Below, piece by piece: positions 26,748 through 35,182 of a stretch of 64,000 bases of DNA. The notes under the pieces were generated by a model, which did not search any database, was not told the origin of the DNA, and worked only from the letters and a program-made list of their open reading frames with translations. The stretch spans positions 8,470 to 72,469 of the IMG/VR virus record IMGVR_UViG_3300027743_000026. One strand, written 5' to 3'. How positions within the stretch are numbered: the stretch's first letter is position 1; every line of letters begins with the position of its first letter. This stretch comes from a virus. The position numbers and the translations under genes are program-made.

Positions 26748-26907
26748 AGGGTCAGAGCCTCCGCCCTCCGGTCCTATATACTACGTATATGGGCGGGGCC
26801 CTCCTGAAGGTCGGGCCCCCGCCCTTGTGTGCGATCGCTTCGGCGCTGTGGTCTTGAGGATGACACCGGGCTGGGGCGGACCCTTGGATCAAATCGGAGT
26901 TTGAGCT

Positions 26908-27489
26908 GTGCCGGAATTGAAAGCGATCGAGACACGATACCGGGGCTACCGCTTCCGTAGTCGGACGGAGGCGCGATGGGCAGTGTTCTTGGACGTTTTG
27001 AAAATTGAGTGGGAATATGAGGTGCAGGGATTTGAGACTGAGGCGGGGCGGTACTTACCTGATTTTTGGTTGCCAAAGATTGCGACGTTCTTTGAGGTGA
27101 AGCCGATGTTCAGTGACGCTTACACTAGGGATGAGGCGTTGCTTTCGGTGATATTCAATCGGGACAAAGAATATACTCAGGTCAAGAGGTTGATGAGCAG
27201 TCTCGTGGATATGTCTGGACATCGTGGGGTGATTGCTGTTGGCGCTCCCAGTAGCTTTAAGCCACCGGTGCTGTACGAGTGTGATGGTCCTAGGGCCTTT
27301 CCAGAGTATCGATTTTCTCAGGCACGGATTGGGTGGTTTGTTGGGTCGAAGGAGATGTGGAAGGCGCATATTCAGCAGCATAGCAACGATCGATATTTGT
27401 ACAGTTTGCTGGGCGGTCTGATTAGCCGGACGGACGAGGCTATGTTGCAGGCGCAACAGGCGCGGTTCGAGTTCGGGGAGAGTGGCTAA
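26908..27489 (+). CDS. PD-(D/E)XK nuclease-like protein
   Basis: ETRY.G.RFRSR.EARWA.F.D...YLPDFWL....FFEVKP. Confidence 0.8.
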   Translation: MPELKAIETRYRGYRFRSRTEARWAVFLDVLKIEWEYEVQGFETEAGRYLPDFWLPKIATFFEVKPMFSDAYTRDEALLSVIFNRDKEYTQVKRLMSSLVDMSGHRGVIAVGAPSSFKPPVLYECDGPRAFPEYRFSQARIGWFVGSKEMWKAHIQQHSNDRYLYSLLGGLISRTDEAMLQAQQARFEFGESG

Positions 27490-27584
27490 CCCACTGTGCG
27501 ATTTCGGTCCTTCGGCTCTTGCGTTGATCACTCGACCTGGCGTAGGACTCAGGGCGGACGGACTGCGGATCATCTTCGGGACCT

Positions 27585-28091
27585 ATGGCGTTCTGGGCGA
27601 CGCTCGAGACCGAGAGTCAACGCGAATCAATCGTTCGGCTGCTGATCATGCGGACCGGCCGGGAGACGTACCTCCCGCGGATCAAACATCACGCACGAGT
27701 CACGCCGTTATTTCCTCGCTACTTGTTCGTCAAAATCGTCGACGACCGATGGTGGGAGGTTCGTTGGACCCCGCATGTGCTGCGGATCCTTACGTTCGGA
27801 GAATATCCTCAGGCTGACGTCAGGCTCGAAGCTGCGATCGCGATGATCAAAAAGCAGGAACGGGACGGTCTGGTAAAACTTCCGGCCGCGGTGGCTTTGC
27901 GCAGGGGCGCCCCGGTCCGGATCAAAAGCGGAAGTTTTGCAGGCCACATCGGTATTCACGACGGCATGAGCGGAAAGGACCGGCAACGGGTCCTGCTCAA
28001 AATGCTGGGTCAGACCGTCCCGGTCGAGCTGCCCAATACCGACTGCCAACCTCTCACCGACCCACAGCTGCTAGAGAATTTACGGGCCTGA
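27585..28091 (+). CDS. NusG-family (RfaH-like) transcription antiterminator
   Basis: NGN domain (PLFPRYLFV) plus KOW (G..VRI.SG.FAG..G). Confidence 0.9.
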   Translation: MAFWATLETESQRESIVRLLIMRTGRETYLPRIKHHARVTPLFPRYLFVKIVDDRWWEVRWTPHVLRILTFGEYPQADVRLEAAIAMIKKQERDGLVKLPAAVALRRGAPVRIKSGSFAGHIGIHDGMSGKDRQRVLLKMLGQTVPVELPNTDCQPLTDPQLLENLRA

Positions 28092-28139
28092 GGCCCCAAG
28101 GCGTTGCGCCAGGCGTCGAGTTGCGCTAGAGAATCACCA

Positions 28140-28443
28140 TCCCACAAACCCGGTAAGCTGTTATTTGCACGCGGAAATCCCTGAATTGGGGACCTCCGTG
28201 AGTCGCAGCGCGCTGTTCAAAGCCTTGAAAAGACTGCGTTCGAAGCGCCGGAGTTTGTGGGAACTCACGCCGATTGCTTCGATCATTGGGCGCCCGGCTG
28301 GTTCATCGTCCACCCAGCCTGGGCGCCCTTCCTCATCCCCGCAAACCGGGTCCTGATGCGCCTGATGCAGGCAGCCCCCAGGCAGGTAGCCTCCTGCGGC
28401 AAATCGAACCGGTGGCCTCCGTAGCTCCCTCCAGAGCTGGAGG
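28140..28443 (+). ncRNA. Candidate structured leader/ncRNA downstream of the NusG paralog
   Basis: Several nested helices; promoter-like TTGCGC...GCTAGA just upstream. Confidence 0.55.
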
Positions 28444-28455
28444 TACTCGAGTAAG

Positions 28456-28817
28456 TTCACAGATTTCGCTTGGCATTCATGGATTTTGCATTCATGGATT
28501 TCGCAAACAAATAAATCACAGTTTTCGCAATTCAATTGGGGAAATTGGGTGATGGATCTGGCGTTGACCGAGGGCCCTACCGGCGGGGCGATCGCGCACC
28601 GGGCCGATTGTCCGCAAGTTCGCGCGCTGGCGGCCGCGGGCCAGCCAGTCATGACGATGCTCGGTTGCGAGAAGCCGCTGCCTGACGACGTGCCGCGGCA
28701 TTCCTGCCTTGGGCCCGAGCAATCTGACTTGTTCGATTCATAGTTTTCGCAAATTCACAGATTTCGCAAATTCATGGATTTCGCAAATTCATGGATTTCG
28801 CAATTCATAGATTTCGC
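28456..28817. repeat. Two clusters (4 and 5 copies) of a ~17-bp repeat TTCA(T/C)(G/A)G(A/T)TTTCGCAAA
   Basis: Copies at 28456, 28476, 28491, 28515 and at 28737, 28754, 28771, 28788, 28804. Confidence 0.9.
28552..28743 (+). CDS. Small His/Cys protein between the repeat clusters
   Basis: H..DC...C......HSC. Confidence 0.55.
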   Translation: MDLALTEGPTGGAIAHRADCPQVRALAAAGQPVMTMLGCEKPLPDDVPRHSCLGPEQSDLFDS

Positions 28818-28927
28818 TTAGCAGAACCCGGCGCGTCCGCGCCTGGACACGTCGAGGCGACGGAGCGGCGCCGGGCTGCTACGCGCAGGCCGGCGCCGAC
28901 CGAGGCTGAGGCGAGCTTGCTTGCGCG

Positions 28928-29218
28928 CTAGGTCTTGTCGGGCACACGCACGAAGTCGGCTTTGGGCTTCGAGCTGGCGTTCTTCGGGCCCCAGCCTTTG
29001 CGCACCAGGCACTCGGCGCGGTAGGTGTTCCAGGCCGCGAGCCCAGGCGTGGCCTTGCGCTCGGCGCTCTCGCGCCACTCGGCGCCGCAGGTCCGCATCA
29101 CGTCCGTGAACGTGATCTTGGGTGCGGCGGGCGCGGCGGTCGGCGCCGGTGCCTCCTGCCCGGCGGCGGTGCCGAGCGAGAGCGCGACCAGGGCGGCCGC
29201 GAGGATGGTTTGTCGCAT
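28928..29218 (-). CDS. Secreted PsiF-like small protein
   Basis: Signal peptide; M..C...W......W..Y..EC. Confidence 0.7.
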   Translation of the reverse strand: MRQTILAAALVALSLGTAAGQEAPAPTAAPAAPKITFTDVMRTCGAEWRESAERKATPGLAAWNTYRAECLVRKGWGPKNASSKPKADFVRVPDKT

Positions 29219-29297
29219 GGTGTCGGTTTCCTTTTCGGTTCGGTTCGGTTGTCGGGGTCCGGACCATCCGGCGCCCTCTGTCGTTTCAGTATTGATA

Positions 29298-29325
29298 ACG
29301 TATGCCTAGGTTCAAAAAGAGTCAA
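29298..29325 (-). promoter_or_regulatory. Early promoter (cassette type 1, no hairpin)
   Basis: TTGACT-N5-TTTGAACCTAGGCATACGT. Confidence 0.75.
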
Positions 29326-29396
29326 GAATTATTTTCGCAAACAAACAAATAAATTGAAAGGCGCTCAAAGCCGCTAGGGCGGTCGCTGGTGACGTG

Positions 29397-29425
29397 AAAA
29401 AGCCCGGCTAGTCACCTAGCCGGGC
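29397..29425 (-). terminator. Intrinsic terminator
   Basis: gcccggctag/ctagccgggc followed by a T-run on the minus strand. Confidence 0.75.
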
Positions 29426-29466
29426 CCTCCTGGAAACGAGCGTACGGGCTCGCTAGCGCCTTCGGT

Positions 29467-29856
29467 TTAGTCTTGTTCTGTTAGCCCGTCGCAAAAGTCG
29501 CGCGTTACCGCCTCAAGTTCACCGTCGGTCGGTTCGACCGTTGAATAAACTACGGCTAGTAGTTTTTCGATCACGACATAGGCGGGTCGCAATGCTTCGG
29601 GCAAGGTGTCGCGGGCTTCGGTATGGTCCATTAGGTCGCCCAGATTATCTTCGCTGCAAACGTCGACCGTAAACGCTGCGCGAACCTCCGAAGGCGCCGC
29701 AACCGCGGCCGCGATAGTCGCATCAATTGCCGCGTCGGTCGCGGTACACTCCGCCGCATCGGCAATTGACCAGCAACCGGCGCCGTATGGTTCAGCTGAA
29801 AATGCGGGCGCCGCAAACGCAAACGCCGCAACGGTAGCAAGTAGAATCCGTCTCAT
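29467..29856 (-). CDS. Secreted acidic protein
   Basis: Signal peptide ending AFSA. Confidence 0.7.
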   Translation of the reverse strand: MRRILLATVAAFAFAAPAFSAEPYGAGCWSIADAAECTATDAAIDATIAAAVAAPSEVRAAFTVDVCSEDNLGDLMDHTEARDTLPEALRPAYVVIEKLLAVVYSTVEPTDGELEAVTRDFCDGLTEQD

Positions 29857-29941
29857 AGGGTAGTCCTTTCATTTTCCGTTCTGGTGTCCGGCAGAATTGC
29901 CGATCATGGCGCCCGCGGGCGCCATGCGCTGCAATTCGGCT

Positions 29942-30121
29942 TTAGTGAAGCAACAAACCGAGCGCAATTAGCGCGCAAGCGCCTAATGCAATCGGTCCGA
30001 TTTTCCACATTGCCCGAAAAATTAGAATGTTGAGATAGTTCCAAGCTGAACCGAGCAAGAAAAGCGCCGCGGCCAGCAACATTACGAGTATTTCCGGGTT
30101 GGCGTTAAAATAGTGTTGCAT
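29942..30121 (-). CDS. Small two-TM membrane protein (59 aa, not in the ORF track)
   Basis: MQHYFNANPEILVMLLAAALFLLG...; AGGA SD. Confidence 0.55.
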   Translation of the reverse strand: MQHYFNANPEILVMLLAAALFLLGSAWNYLNILIFRAMWKIGPIALGACALIALGLLLH

Positions 30122-30125
30122 TGTC

Positions 30126-30311
30126 CTATCTCTCGATTTTGTTTGTTTCCGGGTGCCATTCCGACTTTATGACGGGGTCACCTATCGAGTCGGTTTCGTC
30201 CGTGTCTTCGGTTTCGCAATCATAATCCCATAGTTCGACTATGACTCCGGGCGGTATGTTCTGAATCTCTTGAACAACGCCACCCGACACGATAATTCGA
30301 ATCCGGTTCAT
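30126..30311 (-). CDS. Small acidic protein (MNRIRIIVSGGVVQ...)
   Basis: ATGA-coupled. Confidence 0.65.
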   Translation of the reverse strand: MNRIRIIVSGGVVQEIQNIPPGVIVELWDYDCETEDTDETDSIGDPVIKSEWHPETNKIER

Positions 30312-31102
30312 GCTGCATTCTCCCGCACAACAAACCCGGACCGATCGCGCTTTGCCTTGTTTCCCTTGGGCGAAAGCCATACCACGACGTTTGCGGGGTC
30401 CAGGTGTCGCAAGTCGTGTTCGTCACCGTCGATTGTGCGGTATCCGTTCCATTGCTTGGGGCGCGGCAATGCTGACACCACAGCAACGTTGCGGCCCTCC
30501 TGCAAAAGCTCGATGGCTTGCGCGTCGTTTTCTTCCGAGCGCGAAAACGTCAAGTAGTAGTTTGCTGGCAATGCGCGCTTGAACCGGCGCGCGCTTTTCG
30601 TGTAGTCGACAAATTGCACCGCGGGAAACGCGCTAAAGATAGTATGGGCGCCCGGCGTTACAGTGTGGCCGCTGATCGCGCTCAATTCTGCGGCGAATTC
30701 CGGCGTCACCATCACGCGCAAGCCTTCGTATGCGATATCGGTCGACCCGTTCGGCCGCAACACAAGCTTGACGCGCTTGCGCTTTGCGGTGCGAATTGCC
30801 GCGGCGCTGTGGCGTAGCATTTCGAGCATGTAGGCTTGTCGGTCGCGCATGAAGTAGCGCGCCTTGCGTTCGCGAGAATCGCGGACCGAATTAGTCCAAT
30901 CGGTCGCGGCCGATACCATCGAAGCTTGACCGGATTCGCGGCCAAGGCAAAGCGCAATGCAACCCGGACTAGCATCGGGGCACAAATTGCCGACCCCGGC
31001 GGATTCATGCGGCGCCATGTAGTTAATTCCGTTCAGGTAACGGAACTTTGCCGCTTTGATAGCCTTGGGGCTATCGAACGAATAAAAGCGCTTGAATTGC
31101 AT
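30308..31102 (-). CDS. GP88-like protein (radical-SAM-like Cys cluster)
   Basis: NLCP.AS.GC...CL, RPNGSTD, FVDYTK, YLTFS.SE, DGD.HDLR.LDP. Confidence 0.75.
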   Translation of the reverse strand: MQFKRFYSFDSPKAIKAAKFRYLNGINYMAPHESAGVGNLCPDASPGCIALCLGRESGQASMVSAATDWTNSVRDSRERKARYFMRDRQAYMLEMLRHSAAAIRTAKRKRVKLVLRPNGSTDIAYEGLRVMVTPEFAAELSAISGHTVTPGAHTIFSAFPAVQFVDYTKSARRFKRALPANYYLTFSRSEENDAQAIELLQEGRNVAVVSALPRPKQWNGYRTIDGDEHDLRHLDPANVVVWLSPKGNKAKRDRSGFVVRENAA

Positions 31103-31110
31103 TTTAGTCT

Positions 31111-31192
31111 CTCCTGGTGTTCCGAGCGGCTTCAACCGCCCTTCTGAACATTAGTCGCTAATACGTATGCCTAGGTTCAAAAGAAAATGCAA
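31111..31192 (-). promoter_or_regulatory. Repeated ~80-bp early promoter-hairpin-SD cassette
   Basis: Near-identical to 31774, 32518 and 33483. Confidence 0.85.
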
Positions 31193-31215
31193 GAATTATT
31201 TTGGAAATAAACCAA

Positions 31216-31243
31216 CAAAAAAAAAAGCGCCCCGCGGGGCGCC
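31216..31243 (-). terminator. Intrinsic terminator
   Basis: gcgcccc-gc-ggggcgc followed by a long T-run on the minus strand. Confidence 0.75.
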
Positions 31244-31251
31244 CTCTTGGT

Positions 31252-31764
31252 TCAGATTCTGGTGATACATTCAGGGCCGAATCCCTGGTGAACCGAAGTC
31301 GGGACCGTAAGCTTGCGACCACAGCGGCCGCATTTTCCTTCCGTCCATATTTCGAGCTGATCGGGCAAGCGGCCGCGAACCAAGGCGCGCCATGTCCAAT
31401 CGAAGGCTTTAGCGGAGGGCGCGTCGCGGGAAACGTCACCGGGGCGTGGAACCTTGCGACCGAGCCAAAAAATGTCGCGCGAAATGCGACCTAAATATTT
31501 GTAGTCGGATTCGTTGTTTTGTCCGACCAAAAGCCCGACAAAATGACAAAGCCCGTCGTCGCTAACGGAAATGCGATAGGTGAACCGGGCGCCGGTTTTC
31601 TTGCTTGCGAGCGTAAATGTTGCGTTACCAGCGCGCAAGAATTTGAGCGCGTCGGGCGCCGTCGTGAGCTGTCCGCGCATATCGGCGCCCTTGGCGGGCG
31701 CGGGGTCCGCGTCAAGGTTTATATCGTGATCCAAGCCCGCGAAAATGTCAGAGTGATTGCACAT
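31252..31764 (-). CDS. DUF6011-like zinc-finger protein
   Basis: CGRCGRKLT.P.S...GFGPEC. Confidence 0.75.
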   Translation of the reverse strand: MCNHSDIFAGLDHDINLDADPAPAKGADMRGQLTTAPDALKFLRAGNATFTLASKKTGARFTYRISVSDDGLCHFVGLLVGQNNESDYKYLGRISRDIFWLGRKVPRPGDVSRDAPSAKAFDWTWRALVRGRLPDQLEIWTEGKCGRCGRKLTVPTSVHQGFGPECITRI

Positions 31765-31773
31765 TGCTTGAGT

Positions 31774-31855
31774 CTCCTGGTGTTGCGAGCGGCTTCAACC
31801 GCCCTTCTGAACATTAGTCGTTAATATGTATGCCTAGGTTCAAAGGAAGAGTCAA
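31774..31855 (-). promoter_or_regulatory. Repeated early promoter-hairpin-SD cassette
   Basis: Repeat copy. Confidence 0.85.
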
Positions 31856-31857
31856 AT

Positions 31858-31889
31858 AAAAAAGGCGCCCCGCCCGCGGGGCGCCTTTT
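31858..31889. terminator. Bidirectional intrinsic terminator
   Basis: aaaaggcgccccg-ccc-gcggggcgcctttt. Confidence 0.8.
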
Positions 31890-31903
31890 CGGAGTGATCC
31901 GGA

Positions 31904-32509
31904 TCAGGATCGGGGCGGGCGCGCGTTGCGGCCCTTCGGGGTAACGGCGCCCGCCTTGTTCAGAAGGCCTTTACTGATCAGCGAATCCTTGGCCGCTTGC
32001 CATTGCTCGCGGGTCGGGAATTGCGGCGTTGAGTCGTCGCGGCGCCAAGGATATTCCGCTTGAGTCTTGGCCATGGTGTAACGGTCTTGACCGTTATAGC
32101 TCGACTTGAACGAACACGTTGCGCTTAACACAATCGACTCGTGTTCGCTCAATTCCGGCGCCGGCGCCGGTAACAGGGCCGCGGCGTTGTCCGGGTGCAC
32201 GTAGAACGTCAATCCCATATCCTTGCCGCAAAAGAGCGAGTGTTCGACTACGGCAAAGCCGGGCTTTAGCGTAATGTGCTGATCCTTGCGCGACGAATCC
32301 CATGGCGCCGACATATTGTCGGACGCGGCGATAGCGTCACCAGTAGCGAGCTGAACAAACCGAAACGTGTTGCGGGTACCGCCGGACCATAGACCAGCGT
32401 CCGAAGGAATCGTGACTTGCGTCACCACGACAGCCTTAAACTTTTTGCCCGTGTATCCGCCGCGCAATTGCGCGGGAATCATCGCGGCGTCTAGATAGAT
32501 TGCGTTCAT
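31904..32509 (-). CDS. Early hypothetical protein
   Basis: Directly follows a cassette SD. Confidence 0.75.
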   Translation of the reverse strand: MNAIYLDAAMIPAQLRGGYTGKKFKAVVVTQVTIPSDAGLWSGGTRNTFRFVQLATGDAIAASDNMSAPWDSSRKDQHITLKPGFAVVEHSLFCGKDMGLTFYVHPDNAAALLPAPAPELSEHESIVLSATCSFKSSYNGQDRYTMAKTQAEYPWRRDDSTPQFPTREQWQAAKDSLISKGLLNKAGAVTPKGRNARPPRS

Positions 32510-32517
32510 GTCGGAGT

Positions 32518-32599
32518 CTCCTGGTGTTGCGAGCGGCTTCAACCGCCCTTCTGAACATTAGTCGTCAATACGTATGCCTAGGTTCAAAGGAAGAGTCAA
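32518..32599 (-). promoter_or_regulatory. Repeated early promoter-hairpin-SD cassette
   Basis: Repeat copy. Confidence 0.85.
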
Positions 32600-32600
32600 C

Positions 32601-32816
32601 TTATTTTCGCATCAATCCAATCGAGACACGGTCGCGGGCGATAAACCGAGCGGCGCCCACATCGGCCAATATTTCGTCGCGCGCGTTCCACCATGCAAAG
32701 CGCTTATTTGGCGCCGCGACATAGTAGCAGCGGGATTCGCGGATCGTGGTTCCGTCGGGCTTATCCCAATGCAGAGTCACGCGCCATTGTCGGACCGTCG
32801 GAATATTGCGGGACAT
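32601..32816 (-). CDS. Early hypothetical protein
   Basis: Coupled to the upstream stop. Confidence 0.6.
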   Translation of the reverse strand: MSRNIPTVRQWRVTLHWDKPDGTTIRESRCYYVAAPNKRFAWWNARDEILADVGAARFIARDRVSIGLMRK

Positions 32817-33289
32817 TAGCGAGCCCTCGCAAACGTCTTGACCTGATCGCGGGTAATTTCCCAAGGCGCGTCATATTTTGGCACCATACGAATCGCCTCG
32901 GTGCGAATTGCCTCGATAATCTTGCAAGCAACCGACTCTTCATAGTCGTTAGTCTCGCAAGCCTGATAATCGAAACAAGAGCAACCGCTAAGGATCAGCC
33001 CGACAAGCTTGTGTTGCGGCAAAGACTCGAGCCCTGCAAACGGGCTGAACTTATAGGACGCGACCGACTCGCCCTCGCGACCGGGCGCCGTTTCCTCGGT
33101 TTCGTTTGGATAACGGTTCAGAACCGAGCGAAGATTCTCGCCTAGCAAGATTCGACCGGTTTCGGTCGCGTTGTCGCTGGTGATATCGATGCAACGGGCG
33201 GGACCGTCGACGAAATAGCGCAAGCGCTGCGACACCGCGAAAGTCACAAGCGCGTCAATATGATCGTGCGAGACAACAAAAGCAGACAT
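32816..33289 (-). CDS. Early hypothetical protein (MSAFVVSHDHIDAL...)
   Basis: Preceded by hairpin and SD; EN..SV..RY...C.DYQACE. Confidence 0.75.
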   Translation of the reverse strand: MSAFVVSHDHIDALVTFAVSQRLRYFVDGPARCIDITSDNATETGRILLGENLRSVLNRYPNETEETAPGREGESVASYKFSPFAGLESLPQHKLVGLILSGCSCFDYQACETNDYEESVACKIIEAIRTEAIRMVPKYDAPWEITRDQVKTFARAR

Positions 33290-33331
33290 TGGGATTCTCC
33301 TGGTGTTTGCGGCTTCAACCGCGGTTGAGAC

Positions 33332-33475
33332 TTAGGCGAGGGCGAGCGCGACCGCGCGCAAGCCCATCTGGCGGATGGCGTACCGGTCCGCGCGCATGAC
33401 GCAAAACGAGACCTGAAAGCGGCCGAGTCGGATAAACCGGATTCCGCCGACGCGCTTGTTAGAGTAGTTGAACAT
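33332..33475 (-). CDS. Small early protein (47 aa, not in the ORF track)
   Basis: MFNYSNKRVGGIRFIRLGR... directly after a cassette SD. Confidence 0.6.
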   Translation of the reverse strand: MFNYSNKRVGGIRFIRLGRFQVSFCVMRADRYAIRQMGLRAVALALA

Positions 33476-33482
33476 TTTCCGT

Positions 33483-33562
33483 CTCCTGGTTCCGAGCGGC
33501 TTCAACCGCCCTTCTGAACATTAGTCGTTAATACGTATGCCTAGGTTCAAAAGGAAATGCAA
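33483..33562 (-). promoter_or_regulatory. Repeated early promoter-hairpin-SD cassette
   Basis: Repeat copy. Confidence 0.85.
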
Positions 33563-33730
33563 GAAAATTCGACACCTGGAATCAAATTAAATAGACTAGG
33601 ATTCAAAGTCGGAGGGCCCGGAACCGGGCTCGGTTCAGGGCAAGGGCCCGAAAAACCAGGGCTTGAACGGTACCCGACTACCAAATGACGGGCCGACTCG
33701 CCGGAACAAAACTAAATTAGCAGGCTAATA

Positions 33731-34300
33731 ATGCCGAAGGGCGGAATTCGCGCGGGCGCCGGGCGCCCCAAGGGCTCGGGAAAAGGCCATCGGGTCGTGG
33801 TCGAGAATCCCGACGGGCTCATGCCTATCGAATGGATGCTAGCGGTTATGCGCGACCCGCTAACCGAGCCGTTACGCCGCGACCGGATGGCGGAAATAGC
33901 GGCGCCCTATCTGCATTCGAGACTCGCCGCGGTGTCCGTTACTGGTGAAGTGAAGGGCAGCACGTCAAACACCACAAACAACACGGTTAACATCTTTGCG
34001 GTGCCGCGCGGCGCCGCAGTGAATCTCAAAGATGGAACGGTCGAAGTCGAAGGCATTGCGACCACGGACCTAGCAGCGCTTGAACCGTTCGAAGGCACAC
34101 CCGCGCTCCCGGATCAGAGCGACGCGAATCGGGGCACGCAACCACCCAAGGGCCCGTTGCCCGTGCACGGTGTCGACACTAGCAACGTAACACGACTCAA
34201 GCGACCTGGTGAACCGGGCGCCATGGTGCAACGGGTATTTGATGCGCTCGACAAGCGCGACACCAGCGACACTGGCAACACCAGCGACTCGAGCGCGTGA
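33731..34300 (+). CDS. Probable terminase small subunit
   Basis: GG.RAGAGRPKG; P.E..L..MRD......RR..MA..AAPYLH.RL; upstream of TerL. Confidence 0.65.
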   Translation: MPKGGIRAGAGRPKGSGKGHRVVVENPDGLMPIEWMLAVMRDPLTEPLRRDRMAEIAAPYLHSRLAAVSVTGEVKGSTSNTTNNTVNIFAVPRGAAVNLKDGTVEVEGIATTDLAALEPFEGTPALPDQSDANRGTQPPKGPLPVHGVDTSNVTRLKRPGEPGAMVQRVFDALDKRDTSDTGNTSDSSA

Positions 34301-34643
34301 ACCAGGGCCCGCGCCGGGGCTCGCGGCCGCTCGGCAATGCACTAAGCCGCATGCCATAAGGCTAATGCGCGCCTAGCGGGCGGTACACTAAGCCGCCCGA
34401 CGGGCGCCCGGCGCCGTCGGCAGTATGGTCCCCAGTATGGGCAGGATAGCGCGGGCGCCAGATAGTCCAGTAATATCAATGGGGCGACGCGGACACACTA
34501 TCCGCGCCTAGCAGAAGCTATTCTGAAACCCGTTAGCTAAAAGCGTCGAAATTTGGGGGCGGCACGCCCTCTCTATGGTTTTCAAGCTTTTGATTTTTGC
34601 GGAGTTTTTGCAAAAAATTTTTTCCCGCGTAGGAATAAAATCA

Positions 34644-34925
34644 ATGCGCCTACCGATACCCGACGACTGCGGCCGCGCTGCCCGAGAGCTGATTGCGCAC
34701 GGCCTGGACCCGAACGAGCACCTTGAGTTCATGCGCGGCGACGAGGTCAGCCTCCACGGCACCGCCCGCGCCTTCGCCACCCGCACCGTGGTCGAGACCC
34801 CGAACGGTCCCCGTCACGCGCCCTACCGGCCCTTCGATCGCACGGCAATGGTGCGTCTGGGCCTGGTGGTAGACCCGCCGGTGCGGCGAAAGCGCCGGCC
34901 GGCAAGATTGATCGTCCAGGACTGA
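34644..34925 (+). CDS. Hypothetical protein
   Basis: AGGA SD. Confidence 0.55.
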   Translation: MRLPIPDDCGRAARELIAHGLDPNEHLEFMRGDEVSLHGTARAFATRTVVETPNGPRHAPYRPFDRTAMVRLGLVVDPPVRRKRRPARLIVQD

Positions 34926-34963
34926 AAACGCACGTACGGGCTCCTCGTCGCCTCGGGAACGCA

Positions 34964-35182
34964 ATGCCTTCAAATGCGGAGAAACGGGCCCTGATTGCGA
35001 CCGCCCTGAACGAGGCGCTGGCCACACGGGTGATCCGGCTGTTTGAGGCGCTGTGTTCGGCAGAGAACATAGAGCTGGGGTTGATCCGGTTTAGTGAAGG
35101 AATGACCCAGGCTATGGAAGCCTACGAGGCAGCGAATGACCCCAATGCCCCGTGGTGCGGCGGCCGCCGGCTGGACGTGTAA
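34964..35182 (+). CDS. Hypothetical protein
   Basis: Coupled to the next gene. Confidence 0.55.
   Translation: MPSNAEKRALIATALNEALATRVIRLFEALCSAENIELGLIRFSEGMTQAMEAYEAANDPNAPWCGGRRLDV

Noticed and set aside
28456-28817. CRISPR array
   Set aside because: The units are directly tandem with no unique spacers, and there is no cas operon.
31111-33562. CRISPR-like or crRNA-mimic repeats (TTGAAG resembles some repeat ends)
   Set aside because: The intervening segments are whole genes, the repeats contain -35/-10 and SD elements, and TTGAAG is a hairpin loop rather than a 3' handle.
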